Below are positions 1 through 9,491 of a stretch of DNA of 45,562 nucleotides, piece by piece (positions within the stretch are counted from its first letter, which is position 1; each line of letters opens with the position of its first letter). The notes under the pieces were generated by a model. That model was given only the letters and a program-made list of their open reading frames with translations. It ran no database searches and was not told the DNA's origin. This DNA comes from a virus (Duplodnaviria; Heunggongvirae; Uroviricota; Caudoviricetes): IMG/VR virus record IMGVR_UViG_3300015184_000033; one strand, given 5' to 3'. Made by a program: the position numbers and the translations under genes.

Positions 1-27
1 TGTTTACCGTTTCCTGTAAACCGAGGT
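1..27. repeat. Terminal inverted repeat, left copy (27 bp); exact reverse complement of 45536-45562
   Basis: Direct comparison of window ends: TGTTTACCGTTTCCTGTAAACCGAGGT at 1-27 equals the reverse complement of the last 27 nt. Confidence 0.95.
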
Positions 28-1363
28 ATTCGATAACGGCGGCAACGGTCGATTTCGCAAGAATATCCCGCCCGACTTTTGTCAGAGTTGCCAGGCTGGC
101 GACATCATTCCCCGTAAAATACGGAAACCTGTCTGCCGCAGTAGCAAGCCCGGCCAGCGCCGTCAGGGTGGCATCTTTCGGTTGCTTACCCGCAAGCGCG
201 TTAGTCATGGTGGTCGCAAAATTCGGGTCGTTGCCCAACGCCGCAGCCAGCTCGTTCAGCGTATTCAGTGCGTCAGGCGACGAGTCCACGAGGGCAGCGA
301 TCGCAGCCATAACATAAGCCGTGCTTGCGATCTGAGTATTGTTAGTACCTTTTGGCGCAGTTGGTGTTGTTGGTGTTCCGGTCAGCGCCGGACTGTTCAG
401 GGGCGCTTTCTTGTTCGTTTCATCCATTACCACCTTTACAGCTTTCGATGTCGCGGCCAGTGTTTCAGACGTGCTGTTGGTGGCACTACTGAGCTGAGTT
501 ATTCCCCTTACAGTCAGTGAAGCTACAGGCACATTTGTTATCTGCTCCCACGAATGCGTGTGATTGGACGGAGCCTTTCCGGCCGCAAGATCATACGCTG
601 CCTTAACAGCCTTTGGTGTTGCTGCTAGCGTTTCAGACGTGCTGTTGGTGGCACTACTGAGCTGAACAATCCCTTTTCGCGCTGTGGTAGCGTCCTGTGC
701 GGTGTATTTAGCGTTAGCAAGGTCATATGCTGCCTTAACAGCCTTAGGCGTCGCAGCAAGCGTTTCAGACACGCTATTGGTGGCGCTGCTAAGTTGAACA
801 AAGCCTTTTGAGGTTAAAGTTGCATCAGGATGATTACGTGATTGTTCATGTTTCACAATGGATTGCTTAAGCCGCTTTGCTGAAACAGCAAGGGAATCAT
901 CTGTACCGTCATCAATTTCTTGTTCATTGGCAAATCTTGCTACCCCAACAACAGTTTCGGTTGCGGGAGGATTAATAAACTCAATATCACCAAATGTAAT
1001 ATTTTTAGTATCAAGAGTCTTGATTGCTATGTCACTTGATATTAAAGCAATAGTAGATGATGCTTTATTTATTATTGCTTGTTCTTGCGAGTATACAGCA
1101 AACAACGTTCCCTTATTTGTATACAATCCTATTGTATGGACAACATACTCATCTTTACTATCATCCTTCGCCGTCACATGAATTGTATCAGGGGAAACAA
1201 CTTTGCCACCTATTGTGGTAAGTCGTTTTATTTCGTCTGTTATATTTGTTTGTGAGGTTGACGTGACATAATATCTACTACCTAAACCAACAGACACAAT
1301 CTCAACTTTATTTGTTCCTGTTTTGTTGGCATTAACCAACTCCTGACGCCCGGCGTCAGTCAT
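1..1363 (-). CDS. Tail fibre protein, N-terminal constant part; 3' end partial, ORF runs off the window through the gix-like site
   Basis: Hand translation from ATG at 1363-1361 is open to position 1 (MTDAGRQELVNANKTGTNKVEIVSVGLG ... VAAVIEYLGLQETVN); repeated QLSSATNS-SETLAAT-KAVKAAYDLA units typical of P2 H / Mu S-type fibres; not in ORF track because no stop lies in the window. Confidence 0.8.
   Translation of the reverse strand, partial: MTDAGRQELVNANKTGTNKVEIVSVGLGSRYYVTSTSQTNITDEIKRLTTIGGKVVSPDTIHVTAKDDSKDEYVVHTIGLYTNKGTLFAVYSQEQAIINKASSTIALISSDIAIKTLDTKNITFGDIEFINPPATETVVGVARFANEQEIDDGTDDSLAVSAKRLKQSIVKHEQSRNHPDATLTSKGFVQLSSATNSVSETLAATPKAVKAAYDLANAKYTAQDATTARKGIVQLSSATNSTSETLAATPKAVKAAYDLAAGKAPSNHTHSWEQITNVPVASLTVRGITQLSSATNSTSETLAATSKAVKVVMDETNKKAPLNSPALTGTPTTPTAPKGTNNTQIASTAYVMAAIAALVDSSPDALNTLNELAAALGNDPNFATTMTNALAGKQPKDATLTALAGLATAADRFPYFTGNDVASLATLTKVGRDILAKSTVAAVIEYLGLQETVN
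11..36. other. gix/hix-like serine-invertase crossover site (left), TTCCTGTAAACCGAGGTATTCGATAA
   Basis: Close match to remembered Mu gixL (TTCCTGTAAACCGAGGTTTTGGATAA); lies inside the 3' end of the tail-fibre ORF; a Hin/Gin-family invertase gene sits next to the right copy. Confidence 0.6.
440..830. repeat. Three tandem intragenic repeats inside the tail-fibre gene
   Basis: Near-identical DNA blocks around 461-497, 630-667 and 760-800 (gtttcagacgtgctgttggtggcactactgagctga and variants) encoding G-I/F-V-QLSSATNSxSETLAAT-KAVKAAYDLA three times. Confidence 0.8.
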
Positions 1364-1414
1364 CGTAAATAATAATTTACTCACGCTTAATTCCTTGAAT
1401 TAACAAATTGCGAA

Positions 1415-1996
1415 TTAGCACTCGCCAATTAATCGTACATAGGACACAGGCTGACAAGCACCAACAATACCAACACCACCAGAAACATTGGCAGCTTGCG
1501 AAAATGTAAATAATGTTCTTGCCGACTTTGCGCTCTTGATACTTCTTAACGTATCTTCCAACATCTCTTTCGAAGGAACGGCACCATCAAAAGAGTTAAT
1601 CGAAGCAACAATTGAGGCTGTATATGGTTCGCCAGGTGGTGATGTTTCAAACCATTCTGTTATGTTTACCTCTCCACCCAAGCTATTTACTACATCTTCA
1701 ACCGCTGCCCTTGTACCCTTTATTCGCTTTGTTCGTATTATTGATTTAAAAACAGAACGCTTTAACGATATAGGCCAACTATCCCTCCATGTATCAGCAT
1801 TCCATTGCCAGGCTAAATGATCGAGAACAACTGAGTCCAGGTTATCAACAACGCTATATATTTCTGTCTTATATATTAAATTGTTAATTGCTTGTAGTTC
1901 ATTATCGATAGCTTTCGACATAGCTATCACGTTGGGATCTCTAGCTAAGTTAGGAGGTAAAACATCCAACAAGCTAACATTAAAGATATCAGCCAT
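1415..1996 (-). CDS. Baseplate/tail protein, P2 gpI-like
   Basis: 193-aa ORF between J-like gene and tail fibre; N-terminus MADIFNVSLLDVLPPNLA resembles phage tail protein I family; 8-nt overlap with upstream gene. Confidence 0.55.
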   Translation of the reverse strand: MADIFNVSLLDVLPPNLARDPNVIAMSKAIDNELQAINNLIYKTEIYSVVDNLDSVVLDHLAWQWNADTWRDSWPISLKRSVFKSIIRTKRIKGTRAAVEDVVNSLGGEVNITEWFETSPPGEPYTASIVASINSFDGAVPSKEMLEDTLRSIKSAKSARTLFTFSQAANVSGGVGIVGACQPVSYVRLIGEC

Positions 1997-3113
1997 CCTC
2001 TAACCCCGCATACTGGCAATTTATATTTCTCTCTCTGGCGACCTGCGTCTCTCCAACAACAGTAAATACAGGACTTGATATTTCTAATCTTTTAGCCCCG
2101 GCATTTTTTAAACGTTGAATAATTTCATCTGGATTTATATCTCTTCCCATAACCGAACGTTGCCATTGTTTATACTCATCAATAGCTTTCTCAACCTCAC
2201 TTTGAATTAATGTTGTTCTGTTTTTGTCCGATGAGTTAATCCAGTATTTAATTATTATATCGTATTCAATGCTCTCTGGTTTCTTAACAAGAACTTTATC
2301 TGTGAATGGTCGAATATTAGTTGCAGAGAGAACGCTATTTATCTGCTCCAATAGTTCATCAGAAGGTATATCTCCGTTCTCTAACAAAGAACGGATTTCT
2401 ACAGTTCCGGGCGATGGTGTATATACATTCACATCTTTTATATTCTGATTGGCTGTCCTTGTCCAATATTTATAAGAATCCTCCGGCCCTGCTGTAGACA
2501 GTTTTTCCGGCGACAGTTTTATTCTTTCAGCATAATTATCATCTGACTCTGTATCAGCACCAGAATTAGATGTTGTTAGATTCCTTACGCTGGAAACATA
2601 CGGCAACGGGGTCACCAACTCGTTTATTTGCCCAGGTAAAAAGCCATTCCCCGATAAGCCAGGTATAACGGCATATCCTGAGACTGTACCAACTGTTTTC
2701 CCAGCTGGTATTTCCAACAAAACATCTGTTTGGAAAATAACACTATTTCCAGTTGAAATTTGAGTGCCAGCAGGTATTGTATATATCCCCGATAATTTTG
2801 TTGACAGATTAAACTCAAATGTAGTCAAGGCAGATTGAGCTTCCAGCCTAGGCGTATCCGTCAGATAGCCTATATGGTCGAGATATTCACCCCCACCATA
2901 TGTAAGAAGGTTTTGTTTTGCAGAAAAATCGATAGCTTTTCTTTGCTGTATAATAATCTCACACAATGACAAGATGAATAATCTACGTGGATCAGCAGGT
3001 GCTAATGTTTCACCTGTTATACTCTCAAAAGCCCTGATTGAACGAGTTGTTATATCAGTCGGGTTAGAATCTGCGAAAGTAATATCTGGCAAACCACCGC
3101 GCGGCAACGTCAT
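1989..3113 (-). CDS. Baseplate J-like protein
   Basis: 374-aa ORF in W-J-I-fibre order typical of P2/Mu baseplate modules; overlapping stop/start with neighbours. Confidence 0.6.
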   Translation of the reverse strand: MTLPRGGLPDITFADSNPTDITTRSIRAFESITGETLAPADPRRLFILSLCEIIIQQRKAIDFSAKQNLLTYGGGEYLDHIGYLTDTPRLEAQSALTTFEFNLSTKLSGIYTIPAGTQISTGNSVIFQTDVLLEIPAGKTVGTVSGYAVIPGLSGNGFLPGQINELVTPLPYVSSVRNLTTSNSGADTESDDNYAERIKLSPEKLSTAGPEDSYKYWTRTANQNIKDVNVYTPSPGTVEIRSLLENGDIPSDELLEQINSVLSATNIRPFTDKVLVKKPESIEYDIIIKYWINSSDKNRTTLIQSEVEKAIDEYKQWQRSVMGRDINPDEIIQRLKNAGAKRLEISSPVFTVVGETQVARERNINCQYAGLEDG

Positions 3114-3430
3114 TCTCTAACTCCTATCACAAGTTTTGGCCTAATAAAACCATCAGAAACGTCCGTTCTTTCAAAAGTAACAGAATGGATAATCGCTCTA
3201 GGCTCAAACTCACTAATTTTTTGAATTATTTCTCGTGTTGCTGTAGCAATAAAAATTGGGCTGGGGCTATCAACAAGACTTGAATTAACTCCTAATTTTC
3301 TGGCATATGGTACAGTGCCAATCTGAGTATTAATAATAGTAGAGACATTTTGCAAAACTTCTTCTACAACTGTTTTGGGCGACCAATCAATCGAGTAAGA
3401 AGGTGATGATATGGTAAACGTATTATTCAT
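3110..3430 (-). CDS. Baseplate wedge protein gpW/gp25-like
   Basis: 106-aa ORF; size and position (just upstream of J-like gene) match GPW/gp25 family. Confidence 0.6.
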   Translation of the reverse strand: MNNTFTISSPSYSIDWSPKTVVEEVLQNVSTIINTQIGTVPYARKLGVNSSLVDSPSPIFIATATREIIQKISEFEPRAIIHSVTFERTDVSDGFIRPKLVIGVRE

Positions 3431-3894
3431 AATAATTTACCTAACGCACTTCTAGTTTTTGACTCTATATTGCCAGCAATATCAACTAATGCTTCTTTCA
3501 GAGAGGTCTGTCCGACTTCCTGTAATTTAATGCCGACGATAATCACTCGTGGATTCCCAGTTGGTCCGAAATAAGTCCATGATTCCTCTATATCTGTAAT
3601 TATAAAATTACCAAAATACTGAATACCAATTACAACAGGATTTACTTCCTGAATTGATTGCATTGTCCTAAGTAATGAAAGCGCAGCCAATGGAACAATG
3701 CCAAGTGTTGTATCCAACCGCATATTAAAACTAACTTCATCCAGATCTGGACCTATATCCTCCAGAACAGGTTTAAGCCCAATAACATCATGGCGCGCTA
3801 CACGACGCTTTGACGTCCTTTTAAAATTGTTGAACGTATTCACCACTATTGATGAGGCAACAAAAGGCATTGTACCAAGCATACCCACAATCAT
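3427..3894 (-). CDS. Tail/baseplate-associated protein (function unknown)
   Basis: 155-aa ORF translationally coupled between gpV-like and gpW-like genes; assignment by position only. Confidence 0.4.
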   Translation of the reverse strand: MIVGMLGTMPFVASSIVVNTFNNFKRTSKRRVARHDVIGLKPVLEDIGPDLDEVSFNMRLDTTLGIVPLAALSLLRTMQSIQEVNPVVIGIQYFGNFIITDIEESWTYFGPTGNPRVIIVGIKLQEVGQTSLKEALVDIAGNIESKTRSALGKLL

Positions 3895-4511
3895 GCCTGA
3901 GCCTCCGTTGTCGGAGCGTATTCCCCCTGAGCTGTGTGATGGTGGCCTTTAGATTTAATCCCATCAACATCTATATCACCACCAACAACCTTAACATCCC
4001 CAGAAATTGTAGCTGCAACACCTCCAGCAGAAGAGCCTTTCATTCCACCTTTGAAGGTTAGTAATCCTTCAACTGTAGCATTTCCGGTAATGATGGTTTC
4101 TGGAGCATCAATAGTTACGGTTCCTGTAGCCTTAACGGTTACATCTCCGACAGCATCAACAAGGAGTAAATTAGATTCTCTGTCTACCTCAATACGAGTT
4201 CCGTTATTAAATCTAATGACGCGTTTATTAACAGTATTAGATGGCGGCTTCTGTGTTTCATCATAAAAACTACCAAGAATAAAACCTTGTTGCGGCCCTG
4301 CGGGATGAAAGATACACAAAACTTGCTCACCAATATCTGGCATCCAGTAATCAGCATTCTTATCCGTATTTTTCACAATAACTGATAACTTTGCCGAAGT
4401 GACGTTATCCTGATCATCGAAAGTAACTCTTGCTGTAACATCACCATCATCAATATCAGAAACAACGCCAACTCTTATAGTCTGACGCAATAATGTTTCT
4501 AAATCATTCAT
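3891..4511 (-). CDS. Baseplate spike/assembly protein gpV-like
   Basis: 206-aa ORF; N-terminal OB-fold-like region followed by Gly-rich repeats (TVKATGTVTIDAPETIITGNATVEG) as in P2 V / Mu gp45 spikes. Confidence 0.6.
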   Translation of the reverse strand: MNDLETLLRQTIRVGVVSDIDDGDVTARVTFDDQDNVTSAKLSVIVKNTDKNADYWMPDIGEQVLCIFHPAGPQQGFILGSFYDETQKPPSNTVNKRVIRFNNGTRIEVDRESNLLLVDAVGDVTVKATGTVTIDAPETIITGNATVEGLLTFKGGMKGSSAGGVAATISGDVKVVGGDIDVDGIKSKGHHHTAQGEYAPTTEAQA

Positions 4512-4513
4512 AA

Positions 4514-5515
4514 TTAATACCCATTAATTACTCTTCGGACATCAATCGAGGTGGTATAACCACTAGCCCCAATTGAATGCACAGCTTTCGATATAAGATA
4601 TTTTCCAGAAAATGAACCGAATCCGTCCAGATTTATAGTTACACCAGCTACCAATCTGGTGTCTCCAACCAATACTAAAGATCCTGTATTTTGATATCTA
4701 TTTTTAAGCCGCAAAGCAGCCTTTGCCTTACGTTTTGCTTCATCTAAATTAGCTACCAGTTTTCTTATCTTAAGATTCGACCCTTCTTCTACGGATGGAT
4801 CTACCCAAGTATACGAAAGCGACTTTCTTTTTTTAGGTACGCGATATTTGCACGTGCAACTTTTATACAAATCTGTAGATTGTGTGCTAAAGCTATATCT
4901 GATTATCTCATCAATACCTAACGTAAGCGTAGCGATAGGATCTTTTTGCTCAAACATCTCTTGAGCAAATATTATTAATTGGCTATCAGTGACCTTTAAC
5001 GACAACCCTTCATCCTGGCAAAGTCGATGGAGAAATTTTAAATCGCTTTCCTCCATTTGATCTTCACGCGCATAATATGGATTACTATCACCATCAATAA
5101 GAAACAACAGTTCAAGGTTAGCTAATTTAGCTATAGAAGTTGCTATATCTTTAAGAGTTGTTTTTTCCCATGCATTACTTTTTAAATCACGTCTAATGCC
5201 TGATGAAACAGGAACAGAAACAGCAGTTACCTCAACAACAGAAGGTGGTCCAGAGCAAGTTATGCCATCTACCTGGAATTTCCCGCACTCAAGGACGATT
5301 TGATTTATAGGCTTAAAGCTCAAATCAATAAAATCACCCTTTTTAGGTGTCCAATCTCCAGACCATTTCCCATCATCATTTTTTAATATAATAGAAATAT
5401 CATCGACCTGACCATCTTCATTATCTGTATAAGACATTGACAAAACATCAGGTGACATATGAGCGGTAATATTTACATTCTGATATATAACATCAAAAAG
5501 CGTTTTACGTAACAC
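4514..5515 (-). CDS. Tail protein, P2 gpD-like (late control D / baseplate hub family)
   Basis: 333-aa ORF directly after tape measure and X-like gene; size and position fit gpD-like tail proteins. Confidence 0.45.
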   Translation of the reverse strand: MLRKTLFDVIYQNVNITAHMSPDVLSMSYTDNEDGQVDDISIILKNDDGKWSGDWTPKKGDFIDLSFKPINQIVLECGKFQVDGITCSGPPSVVEVTAVSVPVSSGIRRDLKSNAWEKTTLKDIATSIAKLANLELLFLIDGDSNPYYAREDQMEESDLKFLHRLCQDEGLSLKVTDSQLIIFAQEMFEQKDPIATLTLGIDEIIRYSFSTQSTDLYKSCTCKYRVPKKRKSLSYTWVDPSVEEGSNLKIRKLVANLDEAKRKAKAALRLKNRYQNTGSLVLVGDTRLVAGVTINLDGFGSFSGKYLISKAVHSIGASGYTTSIDVRRVINGY

Positions 5516-5723
5516 TATTGCGTCTCCACGGAGGCAAATTGTTTACTGATATTGGCATAACCGGAGCATCAGGAACTTTAAGAATAATTCCCGCAGAAAA
5601 AAGCACCGTAAAGCGGTGCTCAGTATTAGCATCAATAAGAAGATAAGACAGGTACTCATTACCATACAACTTTAACGCGATACTATCCCATGAGTCCCCT
5701 TGAACCGTTCTATAATCATCCAA
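5505..5723 (-). CDS. Tail protein X-like (LysM-like)
   Basis: 72-aa ORF MDDYRTVQGDSWDSIALKLYGNEYLSYLLIDAN...; pattern TxxQGDxxDxIAxxxYG...LLxAN matches P2 gpX family. Confidence 0.55.
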   Translation of the reverse strand: MDDYRTVQGDSWDSIALKLYGNEYLSYLLIDANTEHRFTVLFSAGIILKVPDAPVMPISVNNLPPWRRNSVT

Positions 5724-8508
5724 AACTTAATCTCCGTTGTTGGAACATATGAGCACTCAATTTCTTCTCAAAATCAGAATATCCCGCATCTAATGCTCTT
5801 TTAGCTGCCGCCTCAGTTTCCTTTGGTGAACCAGCCGGAAGATTGATTACAGGCGAATAGGTTATTCCACCAGTCACAGCGTTAACGTTCTGGCGAGGTC
5901 CAGAAGTCCCGGCGGCAGATATCCCGTGAGGTGATAAATTTGATTGCCCGAACTTTGTTGCTATTGCATTCTGTAAGCTGTTATTCCTGCTAACACCTGA
6001 TGCCAGAGTAGTCATTATTGCACCACCTGACTTTGTTAGCTGCGAGAATGGACCTTTTTTCGCGTCAGAGAACGGTAAATACTCACGTACAGAAGAAAAA
6101 ACGCCTTTCACTTCATTAATTAAAGCATTTGCTTTTGATTTTATCCCAGTGATTAACGTCTCAATTATTTTTGCACCTGACTCACTCCAGTTTATTCCAG
6201 ATAAATAAGCCGTTACAGATTGGAATGCTCTTATAAAGAGTCCAACTGGTGAAAAACGCATAAAAACAGACACCAGTGTATCTATGATTTTCTTTCCTGT
6301 TTCGCTCCAGTTAATGCCAGAAAGGTAATTTGTTGTAAGTTTAAATGCTTTAATTAAGAACGGAAGCGGAGACATCCATTTAAAAGCACTAATTAATGTA
6401 CTGTAAATTCTTACTCCTGCCGAACTCCAGTTTATGTTGGAAAGATAATCCCATGCTTTACCAAACATAGATATAATCCATCCATTGAGATCAAAGTTTA
6501 AGATAAAGTTTTTTATAGCTTCAAACGATTTAACTGTATATTCCTTAACAGAAGGCCAAACTCTGACAGCATAATCTCTGATCTTATCCCAGTTCTGATA
6601 GAGCAATATTCCTGCGGCAACCAGCGCAGATATAGCCATCTGAATCCACCCGAAGGGTGTTAGCTTTGTCGCTACAGATAAAGCCAGCATAGCTACCCTA
6701 CACGCTATAACCACACTTTTCATGGTTAGAAACGCACCTGCCGCCATCACAATCTGAGACACAAAATTGGGGTTGTTAGCTACAAATTCACTAATTTTTG
6801 TAATCAGCGGAACCAAAACACTAAGCGCGGCATTCAAAGCAGGTTGCAAGGCCTGACCAAAACTTAATGATGCATTGCTAGCCTGAATACGTAATTGTTT
6901 CAATCGCTCCGCATTGTCTTTCGTTATGTTGGCAAAATCGCGGTCAATAACAGCACTTCCAGCACCAAGAGATGTTGCTTTGATTCTCTGGTATTCCTTC
7001 CAGTTTTGAATCATCGGACGAACAAAGTTCTGAACCTGCATATCGCCAAATAGCTCACCAAGTAACTTCTGATCTCCGTTCTTAGTCATTTTCATGACAG
7101 AATGCATTGCAGCTTCGAATGGATTCTTCCCTTTTTTCTGCGCTGTTGTGACAATTTTATATAAATCTACACCGAAATTTTTCTTTGCTTTTTTTAGCGT
7201 TTCAGGGGAAAGTATTTTCGCCAAAAAGTTGTTCATATTATTAGCAGCCTCATCCGAAGTTGCAGCACCTTTGCGAGCTATCTGCAAAGCTGCCCCCATC
7301 GTCGCGGCGGCTTCTTTACCTCCCATTTTTAATGCCTGGAACTGGGCACCAAGCACAGGAAGATTTTTGGCCATATCTTTAAATTCAAAGTTTCCCTCTT
7401 TCCCTGCCTGAACCAGAATCCCCATTGCAGACTTCATTTGAGATGGATCAATCTTCAATGAGTCACTTAATGTAAATGATGCTTTCGAGACATCGAGGAT
7501 ATCAGAGCCAGTAGCTGTAGCTGTTCGCCCAATAGTTAGTAGATTCGCCTGAGCCTCTTTATAATCCTGCCCAGCAGCGACGAGAAAACCCTGAGCGGCC
7601 TGAATATCAGATGCAAACTGGTTGGTAGCCGTTCCGGTAACAAGCATCGCCTGCCCCATCGCCTGAACTTCTTCCGGCTTCATATCTGCCGTAAGACCAA
7701 TCATTTTGTTTTCACGATTGAAATTTGCTGCATTGTTAGCAGCAGCAAATGCACCAGCCGCTACAGCACCAGTTTGTAATCCTGACCTTACAAGTTGACT
7801 CTTTGCCTCACCAAGATGCTCTCGCTTCAATTCACGCTGCCTTTCCAACGCGCGGTTTAACTCCTCCTGAGCACGTTTTACTGCAAGAACATTTTTCCGT
7901 GCTTCAGCCAACGCATTTTTATAGCTGTTAATTTTATCAATACGTTGTTTTTCTAATGCCCGGTTAAGTTCCTCCTGCTGTTTTTTCACTTGCTGAACAT
8001 TTGCTCTGGCTAAAGCCAAAGCCGTTCTGTAGCGGTTAACCTGCTCAACGCTACGGGCCTGAGCCTCACGATTACGATCAATGCTGGCTTTAAGTTCTTT
8101 CTCTCTTGAGGCCAAAGCTCTGGCAGATGTATCAGCTCCCTGATAGGCAGACTTTAAAGCGGCCAGTTCTTCACGCTGAGAACGTAGTGATGCTCGTAAA
8201 TTCGATGAATGTGTTTTTGCCTTCTCAAAGTCACGAAGCATCGCTCTGGTTGGATTGGCCGTGTTTTTTATTTGCTTCTGTAACTCTTCAACGCGAGCGG
8301 CAGCTTTATGATATTCGAGGGCAGTCTGTCCAACCTTTACTTTTACAGATTGTAGCTTTTGAATTTCCCCATGTTCTTTCGTTAATCCAGCAAGCTCGGC
8401 ATTTAATTTAGCAACAGCCTGATTAGCTGTAGTAAAACTTTTGGGGAGAGAGGCGGCAACTTTGCCGCCAATTTCAAAAGCCAGCTTAAAGTTCTTATTG
8501 CTGGCCAT
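5716..8508 (-). CDS. Tail tape measure protein
   Basis: 930-aa ORF, long alpha-helical/coiled N-terminal half with repeated LNRALE motifs, hydrophobic central segments; follows frameshifted chaperone pair. Confidence 0.85.
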   Translation of the reverse strand: MASNKNFKLAFEIGGKVAASLPKSFTTANQAVAKLNAELAGLTKEHGEIQKLQSVKVKVGQTALEYHKAAARVEELQKQIKNTANPTRAMLRDFEKAKTHSSNLRASLRSQREELAALKSAYQGADTSARALASREKELKASIDRNREAQARSVEQVNRYRTALALARANVQQVKKQQEELNRALEKQRIDKINSYKNALAEARKNVLAVKRAQEELNRALERQRELKREHLGEAKSQLVRSGLQTGAVAAGAFAAANNAANFNRENKMIGLTADMKPEEVQAMGQAMLVTGTATNQFASDIQAAQGFLVAAGQDYKEAQANLLTIGRTATATGSDILDVSKASFTLSDSLKIDPSQMKSAMGILVQAGKEGNFEFKDMAKNLPVLGAQFQALKMGGKEAAATMGAALQIARKGAATSDEAANNMNNFLAKILSPETLKKAKKNFGVDLYKIVTTAQKKGKNPFEAAMHSVMKMTKNGDQKLLGELFGDMQVQNFVRPMIQNWKEYQRIKATSLGAGSAVIDRDFANITKDNAERLKQLRIQASNASLSFGQALQPALNAALSVLVPLITKISEFVANNPNFVSQIVMAAGAFLTMKSVVIACRVAMLALSVATKLTPFGWIQMAISALVAAGILLYQNWDKIRDYAVRVWPSVKEYTVKSFEAIKNFILNFDLNGWIISMFGKAWDYLSNINWSSAGVRIYSTLISAFKWMSPLPFLIKAFKLTTNYLSGINWSETGKKIIDTLVSVFMRFSPVGLFIRAFQSVTAYLSGINWSESGAKIIETLITGIKSKANALINEVKGVFSSVREYLPFSDAKKGPFSQLTKSGGAIMTTLASGVSRNNSLQNAIATKFGQSNLSPHGISAAGTSGPRQNVNAVTGGITYSPVINLPAGSPKETEAAAKRALDAGYSDFEKKLSAHMFQQRRLSFG

Positions 8509-8513
8509 TAGTA

Positions 8514-8696
8514 TTAATCCTCATTAAACACATCAATCCATGCGACAATTCGCCTCAACCGAAGCGAAAGCCAGTAGGATATAGGTGTTGATTGAGATGA
8601 TTGAGATAGAGAACTCGCGGCCCTCATTATTTGCTTATCAATAGGTTTTTGCTCATCAAAACCTACGAGAGCAAAAAATTCTGTACCTTTTGGCAA
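8514..8696 (-). CDS. Tail assembly chaperone, -1 frame extension (E'-like part)
   Basis: 60-aa ORF overlapping upstream chaperone ORF by 34 nt in the -1 frame; slippery TTTTTTG in overlap. Confidence 0.5.
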   Translation of the reverse strand: MPKGTEFFALVGFDEQKPIDKQIMRAASSLSQSSQSTPISYWLSLRLRRIVAWIDVFNED

Positions 8697-8944
8697 ACTT
8701 TAACAAAGTCTTTCGCTGGCAATCCATTCAGATACTCTATCGGACGGCCAATACAGCGAGCAGCCAGAGCAACGTGGACTTTATGATCAAGTGATGTTTG
8801 AACTGTAACATGCCCTTGAGATTGCAGTAAGTCCGATACTTCTAAAATATCGCTGCCTTTTAGGTTGTCTAAATCAAGGTTGAGTTCAGTCACCGGCTCG
8901 AAGTCTTCAAAACGATACTCTTTACTTAATTTAACGGTTTCCAT
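8663..8944 (-). CDS. Tail assembly chaperone (E-like)
   Basis: 93-aa acidic ORF between tail tube and tape measure, canonical position for frameshifting chaperones. Confidence 0.55.
   Translation of the reverse strand: METVKLSKEYRFEDFEPVTELNLDLDNLKGSDILEVSDLLQSQGHVTVQTSLDHKVHVALAARCIGRPIEYLNGLPAKDFVKVCQKVQNFLLS
8672..8678 (-). other. Candidate -1 programmed frameshift slippery heptamer T-TTT-TTG
   Basis: Minus-strand sequence cag aat ttt ttg ctc in the 0 frame; -1 shift enters the downstream ORF frame (gaa ttt ttt gct). Confidence 0.5.
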
Positions 8945-8953
8945 TTTGTCACC

Positions 8954-9475
8954 TTATAAACCTAAATCATCACGAACGCTTTTTAATATATCTTCACCAT
9001 CGAAGATACAAATAAAGTTCAATTTATCAATTTCCAGGACTTCTTTTCCATCAATAAATAATTTTATATAGAGAACTTCAAATTCATTCTCTGAATCAGT
9101 AGCCTTTGCCACCTGTAGCGAACCTAAATCCAGTTTTTTAGGGTTTAGCTTCATTGAAGCCCGAATGGGAACCGTTTTATATTTTCCTGTTCCGGCATCA
9201 TAAACCTGCTGGCTACCACGAAAATCTACCTGATGCGATGAGGATAGAAATAATTTTGTACCAGCAGAGGTTAGGGTTCGCCATTTAAGAGAGACGGTCA
9301 TTGGTTTGAAATGCCCCAGCGTTCCGCTCTCAAGCTCTCCAGCAATACCTGCACCACTAACTGTCTCTGTCATCATCTCGATTGATGGCAGCTTTGCGTC
9401 AGCAACACCGATAATACGGTTTCCCTCACCGTATACTGTAAAGTTAATAAGTCTCTCAGGAATTTGATTGCTCAA
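8954..9475 (-). CDS. Tail tube protein
   Basis: 173-aa ORF immediately downstream of sheath gene, standard myovirus order. Confidence 0.65.
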   Translation of the reverse strand: MSNQIPERLINFTVYGEGNRIIGVADAKLPSIEMMTETVSGAGIAGELESGTLGHFKPMTVSLKWRTLTSAGTKLFLSSSHQVDFRGSQQVYDAGTGKYKTVPIRASMKLNPKKLDLGSLQVAKATDSENEFEVLYIKLFIDGKEVLEIDKLNFICIFDGEDILKSVRDDLGL

Positions 9476-9491
9476 AGCAACCTCCTATTAT

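Noticed and set aside
182-1181. Plus-strand ORFs 182-520 and 858-1181
   Set aside because: They lie entirely inside the minus-strand tail-fibre gene, which has clear repeat structure and family resemblance; likely antisense artefacts
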